Shown here: one piece after another, positions 55,390 to 64,000 of the stretch
Layout: every line of letters begins with the position of its first letter
How positions within the stretch are numbered: position 1 is the first letter of the stretch
Source of the DNA: Candidatus Diapherotrites archaeon CG08_land_8_20_14_0_20_30_16
GTDB lineage: Archaea; Iainarchaeota; Iainarchaeia; Iainarchaeales; 0-14-0-20-30-16
Length of the DNA: 64,000 nt
Reading direction: 5' to 3'
NCBI GenBank assembly: GCA_002779075.1
Contig: PEXK01000050.1
Span: 38,933-102,932, forward strand
Notes under the pieces: generated by a model
What the model was told of the DNA's origin: nothing
What the model saw: only the letters and a program-made list of their open reading frames with translations
Database searches by the model: none
Program-made: the position numbers and the translations under genes

Positions 55390-56623
55390 AATGTTAAGTC
55401 CTACAAAAACAATAAGATTTATTGAAGATTCCTGCAAAGCAACACAATTAGAAATAAGTAATAAAAAACTAAAAAGAATTTTAGAAAATGATGAATCAAC
55501 AATAAGAATTGATTCTATTTTTAACAACAAAAGAGTAATAAAAAAGATGGATTCTATAAATATTGGACGGCTTCAACAAATCATAGAAGAAATGAAACAG
55601 TTATCAAATATAAAAAAACAAGAATTCTTTTTAGAATTCCCAAAAGTAGAAATAAATATCATAGAAACTATAAAAGATAAAAAATTGGAGCTAATCACAA
55701 TAAAGGAAATTATTGACATGGGAATTGCAATAAATAAAGAAATATTGCTAGACAAAACAGTGAAAAGTATACAATCATTTTGGGAAATTAACAATAGCAA
55801 AACCAAATATATAGCAGAAAATTTTGATTATTCCGAAAAAAACACAAATATTGGTTTTGGAATTGACTTAAGTATTAAAGACAAAACTCCAAGTAGTGTT
55901 TTTATTTCTAAAATCTTTTTTAAAAAAGAGGATATCAATATAGGGGCAATATTAGAAGAAATAAAAGAAGAAATGGATATTTGTAAAGATCCAATTGAAT
56001 TTAAAGGCAATGCAAAAGAATATAATTTATTCTTCTCGCCTTACGCTTTGCGACAAATAGTAAATTATTTTGTTGTACAACAATCTAGTTTAGAATCGTT
56101 TGAAAAGAAGGATTCCTATTTAATGCACACTGAATTTGACACCAAAATAAATATTTGTGAAGATCCTTTTGTTGATTATTCCCCATATTCTGAGATAATG
56201 GATTTGGATTTCATAGCTACAAAGAAAAAACACATAATAAAAAATGGAAAAGTCTTAGAATACATTACAAATGAACAAGACGCTTTCAAATACAAAAAAG
56301 AGCCAAGTGGAAATAACCTCCCGGGGGGTGTAACAAATTTGTTTTTTGAATCTGGTCAAAAATCAAAAGAAGAATTGCTTTACACAGGAAAAATATTGTT
56401 TATTAATAACTTAATAGGAATACATACCACAAACTCTAAAGAAGGATCATTAAACCTGTCAGCATCAGGCGCAGAGTTCGAAAATGGCAAAAGGATTAAT
56501 GCATTAAAAAATATCAAACTGAATGAGAAAATACAAGACTTATGGAAAAAGGTGGAGATAAGCAAAGAAACTAAATGGGTTGGCAATTATAATCTTCCAT
56601 ATTTGTTATGCTTGAGGAATTGA
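55382..56623 (+). CDS. pmbA: TldD/PmbA-family protein (PmbA-like partner)
   Basis: It is paired with tldD and overlaps it by 8 nt. The C-terminus is GIHTTNSKEGSLNLSASGAEFENGK. Confidence 0.65.
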   Translation: MIKMLSPTKTIRFIEDSCKATQLEISNKKLKRILENDESTIRIDSIFNNKRVIKKMDSINIGRLQQIIEEMKQLSNIKKQEFFLEFPKVEINIIETIKDKKLELITIKEIIDMGIAINKEILLDKTVKSIQSFWEINNSKTKYIAENFDYSEKNTNIGFGIDLSIKDKTPSSVFISKIFFKKEDINIGAILEEIKEEMDICKDPIEFKGNAKEYNLFFSPYALRQIVNYFVVQQSSLESFEKKDSYLMHTEFDTKINICEDPFVDYSPYSEIMDLDFIATKKKHIIKNGKVLEYITNEQDAFKYKKEPSGNNLPGGVTNLFFESGQKSKEELLYTGKILFINNLIGIHTTNSKEGSLNLSASGAEFENGKRINALKNIKLNEKIQDLWKKVEISKETKWVGNYNLPYLLCLRN

Positions 56624-56624
56624 T

Positions 56625-57053
56625 ATGCTACCGTGGGAACATTTTCTTTTGGGATTATTTCCTATGATTCATTTGTGGCAAGCATATACTCCTGTTTTTG
56701 GCATGACTTTTTTATTGAGTTCTGTGCTTATTGATTTTGATCATTATCTTTTGATATTATATGCTACTAAATTCAGGGTTTGGGATCCGAGAAAAGCATA
56801 CAATTATTTCAAATCAAGGAACGGAAAATTGCACTTGCACATAGATGCCCTATTTATATTTCACACTATTGAATTCTTGGTTGTCTTACTTTTAATATAT
56901 TGGTTTACCAAATGGACATTTGTTTTGGCTGTGGTTTTCGGTTGGATATATCACCTATTCTTTGACATGTTAGAAGTCACTTACTTCAAAATCAGACACA
57001 ATAGGAGACACAAATACAAACCTCTTTCTTTAATTTGGTATTTAGTAAAATAG
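56625..57053 (+). CDS. Small membrane protein
   Basis: The ORF is 142 aa with about four hydrophobic helices. Confidence 0.3.
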   Translation: MLPWEHFLLGLFPMIHLWQAYTPVFGMTFLLSSVLIDFDHYLLILYATKFRVWDPRKAYNYFKSRNGKLHLHIDALFIFHTIEFLVVLLLIYWFTKWTFVLAVVFGWIYHLFFDMLEVTYFKIRHNRRHKYKPLSLIWYLVK

Positions 57054-57116
57054 ATAACACATTGAACTTTGTGTTCTTGGTACCTTTTTTATACTTTTTC
57101 ATTGTTTATAGTTATT

Positions 57117-58163
57117 ATGGCAAAAGGAAAACCAGGGAAAAGAAAATTGCCAAGATATAACAAAAAGGAGCGACGTGAATTTGATAATCGCACCCAAAGG
57201 ATTATAGATACTAGTAATAGTGGAGCACTGCGCCAGATTACAAACAGTATGCGCCAGGGAAATTATAATCATGCACTTCGTCTTTTACAGCCGATCTTAA
57301 CAAGCCCAAATATTATCGCATATATTTTGGCACTAGAATGCTGTGCAAAACTAAAAGATCTAGAAACAGCTGAAAAACTTTTTGAAAAAGGAAAAGGCAA
57401 AGGTTTAAAAGAAAAGGAACTTGCAAAAAAAATGTTATCTGTTTATTTCAATACTTCCAATTATGATCTACTCTTAACTCTGTGGAACAGAATCTCGCAA
57501 GATCCTGATTTAGATCCTGGAATCTATGTTACAATGATACAATTCTTTGGCACAGTTTCACAAATAAAAGAAGCAAAAGAAATGTATGAAAAAGCAATGT
57601 CTAAATTAAAATTAGAAGAGGACAGGGTAAGATGCCAGAGTGTGTATATTAAACATGTACTCGGCAATACACCAAATATATCTGATTTAATTGAATTTTT
57701 CAAAAAATTAAAAGGGGCCAAAAAATTAATGCCCTTAACTACAAAGAGCATCCTAGATGTGTTATACAATAGAAGATACTATGATCTTGTTGAAACAGTA
57801 TATTCTGACCTTCCAGAAGATACTAAAACTATAGAAGTAGAACCTGTTTTGTTAAAGATTTACGAATCTTCATCACACAGAATGGCATTGACTGGATTAG
57901 AAATAATTTATGCATTTGCATTAAAAGAAAGTGGCAGAATTGATGAGGCCAAAAGAAGATTTGAAATACTTTTGATGAATCTGCAACCAACAGATCTAAA
58001 CTATCCGAGAGCACTTTTGGGTTATATATTCACAAAACCAAAATTAACACCAGAGGAAAGAGAAAAATATAAATCTCAATTAATCACATTGCTTAGAGAA
58101 AGTCATAATATCAGACTTAGAACCGATATAATAAAAGCACTAAGTACATTGAAAACCCTTTAG
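57117..58163 (+). CDS. Helical repeat protein with PPR-like (pentatricopeptide) repeats and basic N-terminus
   Basis: The start is MAKGKPGKRKLPRYNKKER. The 35-aa-like units are PNIIAYILALECCAKLKDLETAEKLFEKGKGKG and DPGIYVTMIQFFGTVSQIKEAKEMYEKAMS. Confidence 0.4.
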   Translation: MAKGKPGKRKLPRYNKKERREFDNRTQRIIDTSNSGALRQITNSMRQGNYNHALRLLQPILTSPNIIAYILALECCAKLKDLETAEKLFEKGKGKGLKEKELAKKMLSVYFNTSNYDLLLTLWNRISQDPDLDPGIYVTMIQFFGTVSQIKEAKEMYEKAMSKLKLEEDRVRCQSVYIKHVLGNTPNISDLIEFFKKLKGAKKLMPLTTKSILDVLYNRRYYDLVETVYSDLPEDTKTIEVEPVLLKIYESSSHRMALTGLEIIYAFALKESGRIDEAKRRFEILLMNLQPTDLNYPRALLGYIFTKPKLTPEEREKYKSQLITLLRESHNIRLRTDIIKALSTLKTL

Positions 58164-58169
58164 TTAAAA

Positions 58170-58640
58170 CTATTTTTTCATCTTTACTGGTTTGGGTTCT
58201 TCCAAATATTTTGGCAACTCAGTTTTTTTCTGTGGTGGTGTTATAGTTGCGGGTTTATGTGCTAATAAACCATGCCAATTAGATCCTACATTATAAATAA
58301 AAATACTGAACAACATTACTATTATCCACCAAAGTACACTTACTAAAGGCCAAAATGAAACGCTTACATTGACATTTGCATCTGCAATATATCTGTCAGG
58401 AGACAATGCAATGCCTGTTGTTTGATAAAAATAATCTCTGCAAAGTGTTGCATCTATATTATCTGATGCTTTTTCAAAGCAGGTTTTTATATTGCTTAAA
58501 ACATCCCATTGATGAAACAGATTTGCAAATGAAACAATAAACCCTACCAAACCAAAAAAGAACAAAAAAGTTCCAATCAATTTAATAACATTAAAATTAT
58601 GCCTTCTATTAGAAATATAAGGTATTACATGCCAAGCCAT
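58170..58640 (-). CDS. Membrane protein
   Basis: There are two or three hydrophobic helices and a K-rich C-terminus. Confidence 0.3.
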   Translation of the reverse strand: MAWHVIPYISNRRHNFNVIKLIGTFLFFFGLVGFIVSFANLFHQWDVLSNIKTCFEKASDNIDATLCRDYFYQTTGIALSPDRYIADANVNVSVSFWPLVSVLWWIIVMLFSIFIYNVGSNWHGLLAHKPATITPPQKKTELPKYLEEPKPVKMKK

Positions 58641-58729
58641 AAAATATCACCTATCAAACCTAATGTTATATATAATATTTGCCAATATTTAAAGGTTTGT
58701 GTTAATATTCCCTTAACAACAAAAATACA

Positions 58730-59938
58730 TTATAAAAATCCAAAGAATATCAATGGCCTATAAGGATTTACTATATTTGCCGGTTGTGTTAGTATATACC
58801 GTTCTTCATTTTTAATATTTAATATCTGGGCTCTAGTTTTGTTCTTGCCACCAATTTCAAATATATATTTGGTTTTATTTATACTGGCAATATAATCAAG
58901 GGTTTTTTCGCCTCTATTGCCTTTTAAATAAAATACATCAATATTATTCATCTTTGCAGATTCAACAAAGAATTCTTCTCTTAATTGCCCCAAGATATCT
59001 TTGATATCTTTATTTTTTAAATAACAAAATCTAAATGGGGGACACAACATAATCTTGGGCTCCTTTATAACATTGGTTCCAGAAGGTTTAACTACATTCA
59101 ATACAAATGCTTTTTCTAAAGCCCAAATATATTTTATTGCTTTATATTTATTTATGTTTATATTTTTTGCAATATTTGAATAACTCATATTATCTATGTT
59201 GGAATTTGATATAAATTCTAGCATACTTCTAACATTAATTATATCTTTGCCTGTAAATTTTAATGAGTAAACCAAATCTTTTTCTAATATTTTTTCTAAA
59301 ATATTTTTGAATATCTCTGGATTTTTTTCTTTTATGCGTGTAGGAATATTTCCTCCAGAAACATAATCTTCAAATAAATAATCATATTTGTTAATCTCTT
59401 TTAATTTTTCCATATTATTAATGTCTTTTATATTTAACTTATCTAATTTTTTGTTTTTATTAAAATAAATATACTCTCTAAATGAAAACGGATACATCTT
59501 TTTTATAATTGCTCTTCTACTTAAATCCGTTTTTGAATTTATTATATCTATTGCTACTGAGCTTGTAAAATAAATTTTTATATCTGTAAAATCGTAAATG
59601 TTTTTCAAAGCTAACTGCCAATTATTATAATAATTAATTTCATCAAATAAAAGAATTTTGATGTTATAATTTTCAAACAGGCTTTTAGCAAGATCAAATA
59701 AATCTATATTTGATAAAGTATCTAATGAGATATAAATGCTATTTTTGCATTCTAATAATAGCTGTTTTAATATTGTTGTTTTTCCAACACCTCTTAATCC
59801 AGCTATGCCTATAAATGTTTTTCCAGATTCTTTAATTTCAGAATATATTTCTCTCTTTTTAGTATACTCTTCGGCTTGTTTTTTTGCAATTTCATTCAGC
59901 TCAAATATTTTATTTATTGAATCTTGTGTTGAAACCAC
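58730..59938 (-). CDS. AAA_14 / DUF4143-family ATPase (second paralog)
   Basis: Walker A is FIGIAGLRGVGKTTIL. Walker B is ILLFDEINY. Length and layout match the gene at 37394-38653. Confidence 0.7.
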   Translation of the reverse strand: MVSTQDSINKIFELNEIAKKQAEEYTKKREIYSEIKESGKTFIGIAGLRGVGKTTILKQLLLECKNSIYISLDTLSNIDLFDLAKSLFENYNIKILLFDEINYYNNWQLALKNIYDFTDIKIYFTSSVAIDIINSKTDLSRRAIIKKMYPFSFREYIYFNKNKKLDKLNIKDINNMEKLKEINKYDYLFEDYVSGGNIPTRIKEKNPEIFKNILEKILEKDLVYSLKFTGKDIINVRSMLEFISNSNIDNMSYSNIAKNININKYKAIKYIWALEKAFVLNVVKPSGTNVIKEPKIMLCPPFRFCYLKNKDIKDILGQLREEFFVESAKMNNIDVFYLKGNRGEKTLDYIASINKTKYIFEIGGKNKTRAQILNIKNEERYILTQPANIVNPYRPLIFFGFL

Positions 59939-59976
59939 AATATAATGAGCTACGAAGGATTTATATACATCCCGTT

Positions 59977-60027
59977 CAATTTTTGAACAAAAAGACTATC
60001 ATTTCGTCTAATTTTTGAACAAAAAGA
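59977..60027. promoter_or_regulatory. Two tandem copies (period 32 nt) of AATTTTTGAACAAAAAGAC immediately upstream of the second DUF4143 ATPase gene
   Basis: Copy 1 is at 59977-59995 and copy 2 at 60009-60027. Each contains the inverted arms TTTTG/CAAAA. Confidence 0.45.
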
Positions 60028-60053
60028 CAATTAAAGATATTCAAAAGCAAGCA

Positions 60054-60254
60054 TTAGATTTTTTTTGTACTATTCGTTATTACCTTCCAAATTTCAATTC
60101 CTTTTTCCATTCCTTCTTGTAATTCGGGATCATCAACCTGTCGCACTTTTCTTATTTTTGCAATTGTCAAATATTTTTTTCCAACACAATCCTCAAACCG
60201 AATATAAAAAATAAAATCAAAATTAATCCTACCACATATAAAACAATTGTCCAA
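60054..60254 (-). CDS. Small hypothetical ORF (66 aa)
   Basis: This is an ORF-track call only. It sits between the tandem repeats and rnz. Confidence 0.15.
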   Translation of the reverse strand: MDNCFICGRINFDFIFYIRFEDCVGKKYLTIAKIRKVRQVDDPELQEGMEKGIEIWKVITNSTKKI

Positions 60255-60309
60255 AATATTTTCAGTATCTCTTCCATAATAATTCTTTTTATAGATATCT
60301 TACAAAATT

Positions 60310-61227
60310 TTACTGTTTAATGTGAAGATTATATGTTTTTAATTCTTGGCCAAGTTCAGCATCTGGATAAATAGATTGAACCTCATGGAGTAAAGTGTTG
60401 AGATCATCATATCTTGGACTGAAGTTAATCAAAACTAATTTTTTGACTTTTGCATTCTTTGCTATTTCAGCAACATTTATTGTTACACTATGACGAGTTT
60501 TCTTTGCCTGCAATAAATCTTTCTTCATAAATGCTGATTCATGAAATAAAACATCAACATTTTCTAAAAAATCTTCATAATTAGCATCAAAACAATCAAC
60601 AACGTATGCGAGAGACTTGCCTCTTTTAATAGTTTTATAATCCATTACTTCATCAGGACTTATTTTTCTACCCTTCCACAGTATGGCTTTTCCATCCTTC
60701 AACTGGGAATATAAGGGCCCTTCAGGAATTCCTAAAGCCAATGCTTTTTCTTTTAAGAACTTACCTACAGAATCCTTCTCTTTGAAAACAAATGCAAAAT
60801 TAGGCAATAAATGTTTTACCCCACGAGCAATAATTTGATATTCTTTTGTATCGCAAATTATTCCATTATGCAATTCTACAAATTTTAGATCATATACTGT
60901 TTGTATTTCAAAAAACTCCAATATTGTTCTAACTCTCTTTTCAACACCATTTGGACCATAAATTGTTAATGGTTCTTCTCTTTTGTGCAGAGACATTGTA
61001 GCCAATAAACCTGGCAAACCAAGAAAATGATCAGCATGAAAATGAGTTATGAAAATCTTTGTAATAGCCATATAACTTATTTTTACTTTCATCAATTGCT
61101 GCTGTACTGATTCACCAGCATCAAATAAAATTACTTCTCCGTCATATTTTACTGCCAAACTAGTGTGATTTCTGTTCTTCAAAGGTGTAGAACTGCTTAT
61201 CCCTAAAAGTGTTGCATCAAATACCAT
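60310..61227 (-). CDS. rnz: Ribonuclease Z (tRNase Z, short form)
   Basis: The metallo-beta-lactamase motif is ITHFHADHFLGLPGLL, preceded by LFDAGE. I placed the start at MVFDATLLG (the printed ORF extends to 61284). Confidence 0.75.
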   Translation of the reverse strand: MVFDATLLGISSSTPLKNRNHTSLAVKYDGEVILFDAGESVQQQLMKVKISYMAITKIFITHFHADHFLGLPGLLATMSLHKREEPLTIYGPNGVEKRVRTILEFFEIQTVYDLKFVELHNGIICDTKEYQIIARGVKHLLPNFAFVFKEKDSVGKFLKEKALALGIPEGPLYSQLKDGKAILWKGRKISPDEVMDYKTIKRGKSLAYVVDCFDANYEDFLENVDVLFHESAFMKKDLLQAKKTRHSVTINVAEIAKNAKVKKLVLINFSPRYDDLNTLLHEVQSIYPDAELGQELKTYNLHIKQ

Positions 61228-61315
61228 AATAATCTTATATAATATTATACTGAGATATTTAAATATTCTTATATTATATATCAATATACAAAGCGGTACT
61301 GTCTAGTGGGCAAAT

Positions 61316-62920
61316 ATGTTTAAAGTTTTCGATACGAGCGCATTTCTAAATAGATTCTTTTTCAACGATATAGAGGCTGTAATAACTACTAATTCGGTTT
61401 TGGGAGAGATAAAGAACAGAGAACAAAAGCAGCAAATAGACAATTTAATACAAAGAGGAAAAATACACATAAAAGAACCATCAGAAAGAGTATTAAAAGA
61501 AATACAAAAAAAAGCACTCAAAGGTCTTTCCAAAACAGATATTGAAATTGTTGCTCTGGCAGAAGAATTAAAATTAGAATTGCATACAGATGATTTTATG
61601 ATACGAAAATATGCTTCTGATTTAGGAATTAAAGTAAAAGGAATTGCTTACGAAATGAAAGAAAAAAACATTCTAGATGAAGTATATGAAAAAATAAAGC
61701 CAACAAAAGAAGAATTGCAAGAGACAAAAAGGATCTCTAAAGAAATAATTATAAAATTAAGAGTTGCTTCTAAAAAGCTTAAAATGCCTATAAAGAAAAT
61801 AATTCTAGCAGGTTCAAGTGCAAGAGGAACATTTATAACAAATAAAAAAGATTTGGACTTTTTCCTGCTTTTCGATTTAAAGTGCAGTGTCGAGGATATA
61901 AAAATATATAATGAAAAAATACTAAAGACAGCGTTTCCAAAAGTTGAATTTTGGGAAGAGTATGGCGAACACCCCTATTTAAAATGCAGAATGTTCAATA
62001 ACAACATAGATTTTGTTCCCGGCTTTTATATTACTAAAATAGAACAAAAAAAATCCGCAGTTGATAGAACACCCCTACACTTGAGGTTTTTACAGAAATA
62101 TCAAAATGAAAAAATAAAAAAACAGGCTATATTGCTAAAACAATTTTTGAAAAACAATTTATTATATGGCGCAGATCAAAAAAACAATGGCTTTTCAGGA
62201 TATTTAACCGAACTCTTCATATTGAAGTTTCAATCGTTTGAAAAGGTATTAAAGGCAGTTAGCAATTTAGAAAAAAACAAATATCTTTACATCAAAAAAC
62301 CAAAGGTTATGAAAAAGTTTGATGATTATTTTATTTTTGTAGATCCTACAGATGAAAATAGAAATGTTGCTAGTGCAGTTTCTAAAAAAAATTGGCAAAT
62401 CTTTAATATACTTGCAAAAGAATACTTAAAAACACCAAAAGAAATCTTTTTCTTTGGTAATAATTACAACCAGGAACTCCCAAAGAATCTGTTAGCCCTA
62501 GAAATAGAAATTGAAGGTAAGACTCCAGATGTAAAGTGGGGAATAATAAAAGGAATTGCAAAAAGACTGGCAAACGAACTTAACACAAAACATTACAACA
62601 TAGACGATTATTCAGGCATAATACATAAAGATGAAGGCCTAATTGTATTTGAAAGCAAATTAAAAGATATTTTGAGAGGCCCGGAATTAAAAGATACCAA
62701 AAATTCAAAAGCATTTAGAAAAAAACACAAAAACACATATGTAAAAGACAATAGATTGTATTGTGACATTAAATTTACAAGAAAAAAATTGGTTTCAGAA
62801 ACAAAAAGAACAATAAGATACTTAATTGAAAAACCAAAAATTGAAATTGTAGATTATAATAAACTAAAATTAACAGAAGAAGAATTAAAGAGGATAAAAA
62901 AGGACTTTTTAAAGCTTTAG
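61316..62920 (+). CDS. cca: In-frame fusion of an N-terminal PIN domain (~113 aa) with archaeal class I CCA-adding enzyme (tRNA nucleotidyltransferase)
   Basis: The CCA part starts at M114 (61655): MKEKNILDEVYE...ILAGSSARGTFITNKKDLDFFLLF...EHPYL...SAVDRTPLH...GFSGYLTEL...VDPTDENRNVA. The upstream PIN-like part has acidic residues VFDTSAF, LGEIKN and HTDD. No stop codon separates the two. Confidence 0.7.
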   Translation: MFKVFDTSAFLNRFFFNDIEAVITTNSVLGEIKNREQKQQIDNLIQRGKIHIKEPSERVLKEIQKKALKGLSKTDIEIVALAEELKLELHTDDFMIRKYASDLGIKVKGIAYEMKEKNILDEVYEKIKPTKEELQETKRISKEIIIKLRVASKKLKMPIKKIILAGSSARGTFITNKKDLDFFLLFDLKCSVEDIKIYNEKILKTAFPKVEFWEEYGEHPYLKCRMFNNNIDFVPGFYITKIEQKKSAVDRTPLHLRFLQKYQNEKIKKQAILLKQFLKNNLLYGADQKNNGFSGYLTELFILKFQSFEKVLKAVSNLEKNKYLYIKKPKVMKKFDDYFIFVDPTDENRNVASAVSKKNWQIFNILAKEYLKTPKEIFFFGNNYNQELPKNLLALEIEIEGKTPDVKWGIIKGIAKRLANELNTKHYNIDDYSGIIHKDEGLIVFESKLKDILRGPELKDTKNSKAFRKKHKNTYVKDNRLYCDIKFTRKKLVSETKRTIRYLIEKPKIEIVDYNKLKLTEEELKRIKKDFLKL

Positions 62921-62959
62921 GAAAGAAATAAATACTTCTTTGGGGTATTATATATACTT

Positions 62960-63784
62960 ATGAGTAAAATCATTTCAAAAATAAAGGGGGTTTTAGGAGA
63001 GGAAACCCTTCACGAGAAAGAAAAGGAATTGCTAGAAAAGATTTCAAAATTACAACAAAAGCTAGAAAAAGAAACTAATTCTGAGAAATGGAAATCTTTG
63101 GCAAAAGACCTAAATAACTTAAAAGAACAATTGCAAGACCTGCATGAAAACGACCCCCTAAAATTAAAGTATAGATTGCAAAAATTAACAAAAGAACTTG
63201 CAGAAGAAGAAGTAAAGAATCAAGAAGTAAAAACACTAAAGAAATATTTCCAATACATTGTTGAAAAAGACTTGGCTTATTTACAGAAAACCAGCGCAGA
63301 GGAATTAAAACAACTTTGTAATTATGATTCAATAGATTTTGACATGATTATTGAAATAATAAAGCCTAAGAATTACAGTTATGAGAAAAATTATTTGCAA
63401 GCTATAGGAAACCTATACAGTCTATTGGAAAACGAATTTAAAATAATAACTGAGAATACACCAGACTATTTACTTAGTGCAGAAGACACTCTAAAATTAA
63501 AATGTGGAAATAAAGTAGACATTTCTATTTTAGTATGTGCAATAATGCACAAACTAGGAGACTACAATGCAAAAGTAACCCTGGCTGTTTTAAGCGATTT
63601 TTCAATAATACATTTTGTCGAAACTACTTACAAAAATAAAACTTTGATTTTTGATTTTTACAATTCTCAGAAATATAATGATTATTTAGATTCTTTTGAA
63701 AAAGTAAGAGAAAAATACAAACCAGAAGGAAAAACAATAAGAGAAATAAAATATTCATTTAGCAAGTATATTTATGAAAAATAA
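62960..63784 (+). CDS. Coiled-coil protein with C-terminal transglutaminase-like (Cys-His-Asp) domain
   Basis: The N-terminus is a K/E/L coiled coil. The C-terminus is LKCGNKVDISILVCAIMHKLGDYNAKVTLAV...IIHFVETTYKNKTLIFDF. Confidence 0.35.
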   Translation: MSKIISKIKGVLGEETLHEKEKELLEKISKLQQKLEKETNSEKWKSLAKDLNNLKEQLQDLHENDPLKLKYRLQKLTKELAEEEVKNQEVKTLKKYFQYIVEKDLAYLQKTSAEELKQLCNYDSIDFDMIIEIIKPKNYSYEKNYLQAIGNLYSLLENEFKIITENTPDYLLSAEDTLKLKCGNKVDISILVCAIMHKLGDYNAKVTLAVLSDFSIIHFVETTYKNKTLIFDFYNSQKYNDYLDSFEKVREKYKPEGKTIREIKYSFSKYIYEK

Positions 63785-64000
63785 AGGATTTTTTGCAACT
63801 GTAATAGTAGCATTATTAATTTTTATTGCTCTGTCTTTATTAGCAGTCAAAATAGAACAAAAGAATTATACTTATAAAATTGTTGAGGATTATATTTCTA
63901 CTTTGAATCTAGTTTACGAGAGAACTAACTTTGAATATAATGTAAAAAACGCATTAAAACTGCAATTGAATGGGGCGATAAAAATAACATCGAACGAAAC
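63774..64000 (+). CDS. Partial CDS (5' end): archaeal type IV pilin-like protein with class III signal peptide
   Basis: The sequence is MKNKG/FFATVIVALLIFIALSLLAV: a short basic N-terminus, Gly, then a hydrophobic helix. The frame is open to the window end. Confidence 0.4.
   Translation, partial: MKNKGFFATVIVALLIFIALSLLAVKIEQKNYTYKIVEDYISTLNLVYERTNFEYNVKNALKLQLNGAIKITSNE

Noticed and set aside
61303-61533. A 76-aa minus-strand ORF overlapping the PIN-cca start
   Set aside because: It is antisense to a coding region with clear homology and has no features of its own.

Overview
This window is a 64 kb AT-rich segment of an archaeal chromosome, probably from a small-genome DPANN-like lineage. 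By eye GC content is about 30 percent. Genes are densely packed, proteins are short, and several housekeeping proteins carry K/E-rich tails. Ribosome-binding sites contain Shine-Dalgarno motifs, and TGA is a normal stop codon.

The informational and translation genes I can support are:
- DNA replication and repair: Rad50 (with a CxxC zinc hook), family-B DNA polymerase, HerA, an XPD/Rad3 helicase and a ScpA kleisin.
- tRNA synthetases and modification: ArgRS and TyrRS, an MtaB-like methylthiotransferase, RtcA, a NOL1/NOP2/Sun methyltransferase, an FtsJ-like methyltransferase, RNase Z and a CCA-adding enzyme.
- Translation factors: aIF1A, aIF2-beta, aIF5A, aIF6 and aEF1-beta.
- A conserved archaeal cluster: S19e, a PDCD5-like protein, L39e, L31e, aIF6, prefoldin-alpha and FtsY.
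- Secretion and others: SRP54, signal peptidase I, a prepilin peptidase, RpoL, Csl4, Ndk and a TldD/PmbA pair.
- Three tRNAs: tRNA-Met(CAU) with an 84-nt intron, tRNA-Arg(TCG) and tRNA-Lys(UUU).

The accessory content is:
- A surface module with a 1153-aa S8 protease that carries Asn/Asp/Tyr repeats.
- A nuclease/ATPase islet inserted between SRP54 and FtsY (a DUF1016 nuclease, an ATP-cone restriction-endonuclease-fold protein and a DUF4143 ATPase).
- A second DUF4143 ATPase.
- A secreted Cys-rich repeat protein.
- A PPR-like repeat protein.
- A PIN domain fused in frame to the CCA-adding enzyme.

Non-coding signals that caught my eye:
- A ~40-nt palindromic element repeated upstream of aIF2-beta, L39e and a Zn-ribbon gene.
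- Palindromic TTGACA/TGTCAA operator-like clusters.
- Tandem palindrome-containing direct repeats upstream of both DUF4143 ATPase genes.

Several genes carry in-frame stops or homopolymer frameshifts: a YhhQ-like transporter, the first of two tandem Cys-cluster paralogs, and a split NSUN gene. I found no CRISPR array, rRNA or obvious transposon.
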